This document shows, piece by piece, positions 27,005 through 33,365 of a stretch of 33,365 bases of DNA; within the stretch, counting starts at the first letter, position 1, and the number at the start of each line of letters is the position of its first letter. A model generated the notes under the pieces. That model saw only the letters and a program-made list of their open reading frames with translations, was not told the origin of the DNA and did not search any database. Source of the stretch: Desulfobacterales bacterium (GTDB lineage Bacteria > Desulfobacterota > Desulfobacteria > Desulfobacterales > C00003106); contig JAUVFC010000001.1 of NCBI GenBank assembly GCA_030594505.1, positions 1-33,365 of the forward strand, written 5' to 3'. Both the position numbers and the translations under genes were made by a program.

Positions 27005-30000
27005 TTATTCTCTCTCTTCAAGCTGCACATCCAACCCAAGGCTCTGGAGTTCCTTGACAAGCACGTTGAATGACTCCGGCAAACCTGGTTCCAGTGTATT
27101 ATCACCCTTGACAATCTTTTCATACATGCGAGTTCGGCCTGTTACATCATCTGATTTCACAGTCAAAAACTCTTGCAGCGCATGGGCGGCTCCATAGGCT
27201 TCCATAGCCCAAACTTCCATTTCACCCAGGCGTTGGCCACCAAACTGGGCCTTGCCGCCAAGAGGTTGCTGGGTTACCAGGGAATAAGGCCCGATCGATC
27301 TTGCATGAATCTTGTCATCAACCAAATGATGCAATTTCATCATGTACATAATCCCCACTGTCACTTTATTATCAAACGGTTCTCCTGATCGACCGTCATA
27401 AAGAGTCGCCTGGCCGGCAACAGGGAGATCGGCATTTTTTAGAAGTTTTTCAATATCCTCTTCAGTTGCACCGTCAAAGACCGATGTGGCTAAATGGACC
27501 CCGTTTCGATAACAGAGCGCGATGTTTTTCAGTTCTTCATTATCCATCTCGTCTATCACGTCTTGCATCGATTTTGAGGAAAAGATACTTTTCAGTTTTT
27601 TCCTTATTGGTTCGTATTCCGCCTTCTCGATCAAGTCATAAAGCTGCCGGCCTAACCCCTTGGCCGCCCATCCCAAATGGGTCTCCAATATCTGCCCGAC
27701 ATTCATTCGCGAAGGGACCCCCAGGGGATTTAAAACCATATCTATCGGTGTGCCGTCTTCAAAATAAGGCATATCCTCTTCGGGAAGGATTCTCGAAACA
27801 ACACCCTTGTTTCCATGACGACCTGCCATCTTGTCCCCCACCGAAAGCTTACGCTTCATAGCCACATACACCTTGACCAACCTGATAACACCAGGAGGGA
27901 GTTCATCACCTTTTTTCAGGCGGCTTGATTTCTTTTCAAAAACCATTTTAATAAGATCACATTGTTCGTTATAATCGTCCAGCACTCTGGATACTTTCTC
28001 AGCTATATCATCATCCGGCAAGACGACTCGACTCCACTTCTGCATTGGGATAGAATCTATGCCTGAAGCAGTGATCTTCGCTCCCTTCTTCACCACGACT
28101 TTATCGCGGCTATCTTTAATCGCGGGGCCGCATCTTTGTCCGACCAAAAGTTCTTTGAGCTTTTCCCGGGTCGATTCTTCTATAATTTTAAGCTCATCTT
28201 GCCGATCTTTGTCGAGTCGAACAATCTCTTCGCTTTCAACCGATTTTGCACGACTGTCTTTTTCTACCCCCTTGCGTGAAAAGACCTTGGCGTCAATTAC
28301 AATCCCGGAAATTCCAGGAGGAACTCGAAGGGACGTATCTTTTACATCGCCGGCCTTTTCTCCAAAAATTGCTCTCAAAAGTTTTTCTTCCGGGGAAAGC
28401 TGTGTCTCCCCTTTTGGGGTGATTTTACCTACTAATACATCACCGGAACCCACCTCGGCCCCAATTCGAACAACCCCGCTTTCATCCAGATCTTTTAATG
28501 CATCCTCTCCTACGTTCGGTATGTCTCGCGTGATCTCTTCCTTGCCGAGTTTTGTGTCCCGGGCAACAGTGCTGAACTCTTCGATATGAACCGATGTAAA
28601 TATTCCCTCTTTGGTCAAGCGTTCGTTCACCAGTATCGAATCTTCAAAATTGTATCCCCCCCACGGCATAAAGGCGACCATTATATTCTTGCCAAGGGCA
28701 AGTTCTCCCATTTCAATGGCAGGGCCGTCAGCAATAATATCTCCTTTTTTAACACGGTCACCTTTCCGAACAATCGGTCTCTGGTTAAAAGAGGTGTTCT
28801 GGTTGGATCTGTTGAACTTGCTTAACTTGCAGATTTCCACCTTCGGTATTGTAGTGTCCCCATCCGTATCATAGCGCAAAACTATTCGGGAAGCATCTAC
28901 ATCCATTACTTTCCCGTCTTCTTTAGCAATTACCGTAACACCGGAATCCTCGGCAACGGCCTTTTCCATACCTGTACCGACCAGAGGAGCGCTGCTTGTT
29001 AAAAGAGGAACCGCCTGGCGTTGCATGTTCGAGCCCATGAGAGCACGGTTGGCATCATCGTTCTCTAAAAACGGAATCAACGAGGCTGAAACGCTCACTA
29101 ACTGGTTTGGAGAGACATCCATGAATTTAACCTCGTCGCGACCAACCATCATGAATTCACCGCCCACCCGCGCTGACACCGTTGGATTTTTGAACTGTCC
29201 ATTCCCTGTCAACGGGGCATTTGCCTGAGCAATCGGATGGTCTTTTTCTTCCAACGCATTCAGGAAGCGATATTTCTGAGATACCCTGCCATCTTTTGCC
29301 AATCTGTACGGGGTTTCAATAAAGCCGTAATCGTTCACACGCGCATACGTACTCAAAGAAACAATCAATCCGATGTTTGGCCCTTCCGGGGTCTCTATGG
29401 GGCAGATACGGCCATAGTGGGTCGGATGAACGTCTCTTACCTCAAAGCCGGCTCGTTCTCTTGTCAATCCCCCAGGTCCTAAAGCGCTTAAACGTCGTTT
29501 ATGGGTAATTTCAGCAAGAGGATTTGTCTGATCCATAAATTGTGAAAGTTGGCTGGTTCCGAAAAACTCTTTCAGCACCGCGGAAACAGGCTTGGAATTA
29601 ATTAGGTCGTGAGGCATCAGCGCTTCAATCTCCTGGAGGCTCATACGTTCTTTGACCGCTCTTTCCATCCTCACCAATCCTGTCCGGTACTGTATTTCAA
29701 GAAGTTCACCCACAGCGCGAACCCTACGATCCCCCAGGTGGTCGATGTCATCCACAGGACCCTGGCTATCCTTCAGTGCCACTAACGTATTGGTCGTCAG
29801 AAGGATATCCTCTTTTTTGAGGGTCCGAACATCAATCGGCACTTCCTGGTCAAGGCGCAGATTCATTTTTAGACGTCCCACCTTTGAAAGATCATAATAG
29901 GTAGGCTCGAAAAAAAGCTTATTGCAAAAATCGTATGCCATCTCCAGGGTAGGCGGATTGCTGGGACGCAGTCTTCGATAAATTTCCACCACCGCCTCAT

Positions 30001-31105
30001 CCTGGTTGTTTACCTTGTCGAGTTGCAGTGTCTTTCGTATAGAATCACTTGTTATAATATTATCAATAAAAAGGACCTCAATCGAAGGAACCTCGGCCGC
30101 CTTTATCCGTTCAAATATTTCTTCGTCTAATACTTCATTGATTTCAGCGATCTTTTCTCCGGTTTTGGCATCTGTTACCGTGTCAGCCAAAACCTTTCCT
30201 GTGATGGAACTAAAGTCGATAGGAATCGCCTCTATCTTTGCCTTCTCAAGGTCCCGAATTATACGTTTTGTAACCTTTTTCCCCTCTTTTATGATGACGT
30301 TGCCGGTTTCCGGGTCTTTTACATCTTTTGACACCCGTTCCCCGGCAAGAAGTTCCGGATCAAAGACCTTGCTTAAAGAGTCACCATTTATCAGGATGGT
30401 TTCTTTGCGATAAAAATAATTCAAAATGTCTTCCGTTGAATAACCCAAGGCCTTTAAAAGGAGGGTAACCGGAAACTTTCGGCGACGATCAATCCGAATA
30501 TACACAATATCTTTTGTGTCTATTTCCATATCGATCCAGGAACCCCGCACGGGGATAATACGGGCGGAATAGAGAACCTTTCCGCTCGTGTGCGTCTTGC
30601 CCTTGTCATGATTAAAAAAGACGCCCGGAGAACGATGCAGTTGGCTTACAATCACACGCTCCGTCCCGTTTATAATGAACGTCCCCTTCTCCGTCATCAG
30701 GGGTATGGTACCGAAATATATCTCTTGTTCCTTGATGTCGCGAATACTGGAACTGCCGGTCTCTTTATCGAGAGCGTATACCACCAGGCGGACAGTAATC
30801 CGGATCGGTACCTCGTAGGTCATCCCTCTTTGAACACATTCTTCTACATCATACTTGATCTCGCCCAACGCATACCTGACAAATTCCAGAGAAGCGGTAC
30901 CGCTGAAGTCTCTGATCGGGAAAACACTATTAAACACGGCTTGCAGCCCGATGTCCTCCCGTTTTTCAGGGGGGACATCCCTTTGCAAAAATCGGGCATA
31001 AGACTGCTTCTGCATTCCCATAAGATCAGGCATATCAATGACCTTTTTGATTTTGCCAAAACTTTTTCGAAAACGCTTGGCCGTCGCCGAAGGTTTACTC
31101 AACAT
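27005..31105 (-). CDS. rpoB: DNA-directed RNA polymerase beta subunit
   Basis: 1366 aa. ..[29 protein letters not shown].. (rifampicin-region motif) and ..[12 protein letters not shown].. Confidence 0.98.
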   Translation of the reverse strand: MLSKPSATAKRFRKSFGKIKKVIDMPDLMGMQKQSYARFLQRDVPPEKREDIGLQAVFNSVFPIRDFSGTASLEFVRYALGEIKYDVEECVQRGMTYEVPIRITVRLVVYALDKETGSSSIRDIKEQEIYFGTIPLMTEKGTFIINGTERVIVSQLHRSPGVFFNHDKGKTHTSGKVLYSARIIPVRGSWIDMEIDTKDIVYIRIDRRRKFPVTLLLKALGYSTEDILNYFYRKETILINGDSLSKVFDPELLAGERVSKDVKDPETGNVIIKEGKKVTKRIIRDLEKAKIEAIPIDFSSITGKVLADTVTDAKTGEKIAEINEVLDEEIFERIKAAEVPSIEVLFIDNIITSDSIRKTLQLDKVNNQDEAVVEIYRRLRPSNPPTLEMAYDFCNKLFFEPTYYDLSKVGRLKMNLRLDQEVPIDVRTLKKEDILLTTNTLVALKDSQGPVDDIDHLGDRRVRAVGELLEIQYRTGLVRMERAVKERMSLQEIEALMPHDLINSKPVSAVLKEFFGTSQLSQFMDQTNPLAEITHKRRLSALGPGGLTRERAGFEVRDVHPTHYGRICPIETPEGPNIGLIVSLSTYARVNDYGFIETPYRLAKDGRVSQKYRFLNALEEKDHPIAQANAPLTGNGQFKNPTVSARVGGEFMMVGRDEVKFMDVSPNQLVSVSASLIPFLENDDANRALMGSNMQRQAVPLLTSSAPLVGTGMEKAVAEDSGVTVIAKEDGKVMDVDASRIVLRYDTDGDTTIPKVEICKLSKFNRSNQNTSFNQRPIVRKGDRVKKGDIIADGPAIEMGELALGKNIMVAFMPWGGYNFEDSILVNERLTKEGIFTSVHIEEFSTVARDTKLGKEEITRDIPNVGEDALKDLDESGVVRIGAEVGSGDVLVGKITPKGETQLSPEEKLLRAIFGEKAGDVKDTSLRVPPGISGIVIDAKVFSRKGVEKDSRAKSVESEEIVRLDKDRQDELKIIEESTREKLKELLVGQRCGPAIKDSRDKVVVKKGAKITASGIDSIPMQKWSRVVLPDDDIAEKVSRVLDDYNEQCDLIKMVFEKKSSRLKKGDELPPGVIRLVKVYVAMKRKLSVGDKMAGRHGNKGVVSRILPEEDMPYFEDGTPIDMVLNPLGVPSRMNVGQILETHLGWAAKGLGRQLYDLIEKAEYEPIRKKLKSIFSSKSMQDVIDEMDNEELKNIALCYRNGVHLATSVFDGATEEDIEKLLKNADLPVAGQATLYDGRSGEPFDNKVTVGIMYMMKLHHLVDDKIHARSIGPYSLVTQQPLGGKAQFGGQRLGEMEVWAMEAYGAAHALQEFLTVKSDDVTGRTRMYEKIVKGDNTLEPGLPESFNVLVKELQSLGLDVQLEERE

Positions 31106-31171
31106 CTTATCTCCTTAAATTAGCTCATGGCTGATAGCTCATAGGCAAGATGAAATTTTTACACTCTTAAA

Positions 31172-31555
31172 TTACTTTACTTCAACCGCGGCTCCTGCCT
31201 CTTCCAGTTGTTTTTTGATATCCTCGGCCTCATCTTTGGAGACCCCTTCTTTAACCGCCTTGGGAGCGCTATCGACCAACTCTTTGGCCTCCTTTAATCC
31301 AAGTCCGGTAATTGTCCTAACTACTTTGATTGCTTGGATCTTCTTGTCGCCGGGCGCTGTCAGAATTACATCAAATTCTGTCTTTTCTTCAGCAGCAGCG
31401 GCCTCTCCTCCGGCAGCCGGCATGGCCGCCATAGCAACAGGCGCTGCAGCGCTAACACCAAATTTTTCTTCAAGTTCTTTTACCAGTTCGGAAAGCTCCA
31501 ATACGGACATATCCGATATAAATTGTATAACATCTTCTTTTTTAATCTTTGCCAT
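31172..31555 (-). CDS. rplL: 50S ribosomal protein L7/L12
   Basis: ..[20 protein letters not shown].. Ala-rich hinge ..[18 protein letters not shown].. Confidence 0.97.
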   Translation of the reverse strand: MAKIKKEDVIQFISDMSVLELSELVKELEEKFGVSAAAPVAMAAMPAAGGEAAAAEEKTEFDVILTAPGDKKIQAIKVVRTITGLGLKEAKELVDSAPKAVKEGVSKDEAEDIKKQLEEAGAAVEVK

Positions 31556-31594
31556 TTCGGTCTTCCTCCTAAAACTATTTTCTCTTTAATATTC

Positions 31595-32119
31595 TTAAGC
31601 AGTTTTTTCCTTTTGGTCTTTCAGTGCCGTCACTACTCCCAATAAATTCCTTATAACACCGCTGAGCGCTACCACAAGGCCGGTTGGCACACCGTTCATT
31701 GCTGAAAGGAGCCAGGCCAGCAATATCTCGCGAGACGGAAGATCCGCCAATGCCTTTATTGCATTTACATCCAGGACCTTACCATCCAATACACCCGCCT
31801 TGATCTTCAGGGCTGAATTCTTTTCAGCAAATTTGACCAGCACCTTAGCCGGAGCTACCGGGTCTTCTTTGCTCAAGGCGACCGCACACGGCCCTACAAA
31901 GTAATCCTTTATCAAAGCCATGTCGGTATCTTGTGAAGATAACTCCAGCAATGTATTTTTAACCACACGATATTCCACAGACTCAGCTTTGAGCTGTTTC
32001 CGCAAGTCATTCATTGCGTCAACATTAAGGCTCTTGAAATCCGTCAGTATGGCCGCCTTTATATCTAAAATTTTTTCGTGGAGATCTTTAACGAGTTTTT
32101 CTTTTCCTTGTCGATTCAA
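31595..32119 (-). CDS. rplJ: 50S ribosomal protein L10
   Basis: (M)NRQGKEKLVKDLHEKI...A.ILTDFKSLNV..M..LR..L... TTG start (caa at 32117..32119). Confidence 0.93.
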   Translation of the reverse strand: MNRQGKEKLVKDLHEKILDIKAAILTDFKSLNVDAMNDLRKQLKAESVEYRVVKNTLLELSSQDTDMALIKDYFVGPCAVALSKEDPVAPAKVLVKFAEKNSALKIKAGVLDGKVLDVNAIKALADLPSREILLAWLLSAMNGVPTGLVVALSGVIRNLLGVVTALKDQKEKTA

Positions 32120-32160
32120 TAGCCTCTACACCCCCTTCCCTTCTCGGACAGTATATGGAC

Positions 32161-32251
32161 ATTGAAGATTGATGATTTTCGATTGACGATTGACTATTTG
32201 AACAAGAGGCTATTGATCCTCAATCTTCAATCCTCAATCTTCAATCTTCAA
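32161..32251. repeat. ATTGAAG-class heptamer-array hairpin in the rplA-rplJ spacer
   Basis: attgaag attgatg attttcg attgacg attgact (32161..32195), a loop, then tcctcaa tcttcaa tcctcaa tcttcaa tcttcaa (32217..32251). The arms are about 80% complementary. Confidence 0.85.
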
Positions 32252-32408
32252 TGTCCTAATCACCTGCCCGATCCGGAGGCACACACTACAATTAATAGAT
32301 ATATCGCAATAAAAACGATACTGTCTATGCAGGATATTTTAAACACCTGTTGTGAGGCGCACCTACGGTCTCGGACAGTCAAATTTTATACAAAAACCAA
32401 AATTAAAT

Positions 32409-32462
32409 TTGGACACAGATTCAGCCGTCGTAGCCAAGGCTACTATGGCTGAATCTGTGTCC
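32409..32462. repeat. 54-nt palindrome with perfect 18-bp arms
   Basis: ttggacacagattcagcc (32409..32426) and ggctgaatctgtgtccaa (32445..32462). The loop contains the nested pair gtagcc/ggctac. The 12-mer TTGGACACAGAT is shared with 8219..8230. Confidence 0.9.
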
Positions 32463-32497
32463 AAAACAGTATTTCCTTTACTAATTATCGTATTCAA

Positions 32498-33202
32498 TTA
32501 TTTTACCATGGTTTTGACATGAACCGGATCAACTTTGACACTTGGTCCCATCGTGGTAGAAATAGCGATATCCTTCAAATAGACCCCTTTACTGCTGACA
32601 GGTTTAAGTCGAATGATTGTATCAAAAAATGACGCTAAATTTTCACGCAGCTTTCCTACGCCAAAAGAGACTTTTCCAATGGAAGTATGAACAATACCGG
32701 CTTTTTCAACTCTAAAATCAATCTTGCCGGCTTTTAGCTCTCTAACCGCCCTGGCAACATCAAAGGCAACCGTGCCGGATTTGGCATTCGGCATAAGTCC
32801 CCGCGGCCCTAGGAGCTTACCGATCTTCCCTACAGCCCCCATCACATCCGGGGTGGCAACTGCCTTATCAAAGTCCAGCCATCCTCCCTTTATCTTCTCG
32901 ATAAGGTCATCATTTCCCACAAAATCGGCCCCTGCGTCCTGGGCCTCTTTTTCTTTCTCTCCTTTAGCAAATACCAAAACCCGCACGGCTTTACCTGTGC
33001 CATTCGGCAAAACAACTGTTCCGCGAACCATCTGGTTTGCATGCCTTGGATCTACACCAAGCCGGACCGCTACATCAACTGATTCGTCAAATTTAGTATA
33101 CGACGAATCCAGAGCCAACTGTAATGCCTCGCTAAAATCATACTCCTTGTTCTCGTCTATCTTGTTAAGCGCCTCTTTATATTTTTTCCCTCTTTTTGGC
33201 AT
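32498..33202 (-). CDS. rplA: 50S ribosomal protein L1
   Basis: [11 protein letters not shown]...D....Y....A..L......KFDE.V.V...LG.DPR.ANQ.VRG...LP.G.GK... GAGAGGGA RBS. Confidence 0.96.
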   Translation of the reverse strand: MPKRGKKYKEALNKIDENKEYDFSEALQLALDSSYTKFDESVDVAVRLGVDPRHANQMVRGTVVLPNGTGKAVRVLVFAKGEKEKEAQDAGADFVGNDDLIEKIKGGWLDFDKAVATPDVMGAVGKIGKLLGPRGLMPNAKSGTVAFDVARAVRELKAGKIDFRVEKAGIVHTSIGKVSFGVGKLRENLASFFDTIIRLKPVSSKGVYLKDIAISTTMGPSVKVDPVHVKTMVK

Positions 33203-33216
33203 GATCCCTCTCTAAT

Positions 33217-33365
33217 ATTGACGATTTTCGATTGAAGATTGATGGTTTCGTAAAAAGTCTTTGATGAGCTTATCTTGGTCTCTTTTTCATAGAGGTTCTT
33301 AGTGAAGCGAAGCGTAAAAATTGCAAACTGTTTGAGGGCGTTAGCCCGAGTTTTTGCAATTTAGC
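33217..33365. repeat. heptamer array fused to a 6252-type TIR; element truncated by the window edge
   Basis: attgacg attttcg attgaag attgatg (33217..33244) runs into gatggtttcgtaaaaagtc (33241..33259), which is identical to 6252..6270. The downstream interior differs from the 6252 copy. Confidence 0.75.

Noticed and set aside
28059-31123. + strand ORFs of 135-177 aa (28059..28589, 30006..30413, 30590..31123)
   Set aside because: They are antisense to rpoB, with no RBS and no recognisable motifs.
31120-31150. Direct repeat TAGCTCAT..TAGCTCAT in the rplL-rpoB spacer as an attenuator hairpin
   Set aside because: The repeats are direct, not inverted. No stable stem or T-tract is present, so there is insufficient evidence for an attenuator.
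32162-32452. 96-aa + strand ORF in the rplA-rplJ spacer
   Set aside because: It is a translation of the heptamer array (..LQSSIFNLQ..) and the palindrome, so it is a repeat artefact.

Overview
The window has two parts. (1) 1..4796 on the + strand is an accessory sensory cluster. It holds the 3' end of a methyl-accepting chemotaxis protein (MCP) gene and a two-gene [NiFe] hydrogenase: large subunit 507..2021 and Tat-signal small subunit 2184..3107. The small-subunit stop codon lies 3 nt before the start of a second MCP (3111..4796), which carries a CXXCH haem-c motif in its periplasmic domain. I read this as a candidate H2-to-chemotaxis sensing module, and it is the most interesting thing here. 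(2) 4793..33202 on the - strand is the ribosomal-protein / RNA-polymerase superoperon. Gene order is rplA-rplJ-rplL-rpoB-rpoC-rpsL-rpsG-tuf-rpsJ-rplC-rplD-rplW-rplB-rpsS-rplV-rpsC-rplP-rpmC-rpsQ-rplN-rplX-rplE-rpsZ-rpsH-rplF-rplR-rpsE-rpmD-rplO-secY-map-infA-rpmJ-rpsM-rpsK-rpsD-rpoA-rplQ. fusA and adk are absent from their usual slots. This normally compact cluster is unusual because many intergenic spacers are occupied by structured repeats. These are heptamer-array hairpins of two sequence classes (GTTGCGR-type and ATTGAAG-type), 130-160 bp elements bounded by terminal inverted repeats, and palindromes built from phased CACAGAT / ACAGGAT 7-mers. One heptamer hairpin sits between the two hydrogenase genes, and another disturbs the rpsS start region. 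No rRNA, tRNA, CRISPR array, transposase or integrase gene was found. All calls rest on reading motifs in the supplied translations and the DNA; no database search was possible.
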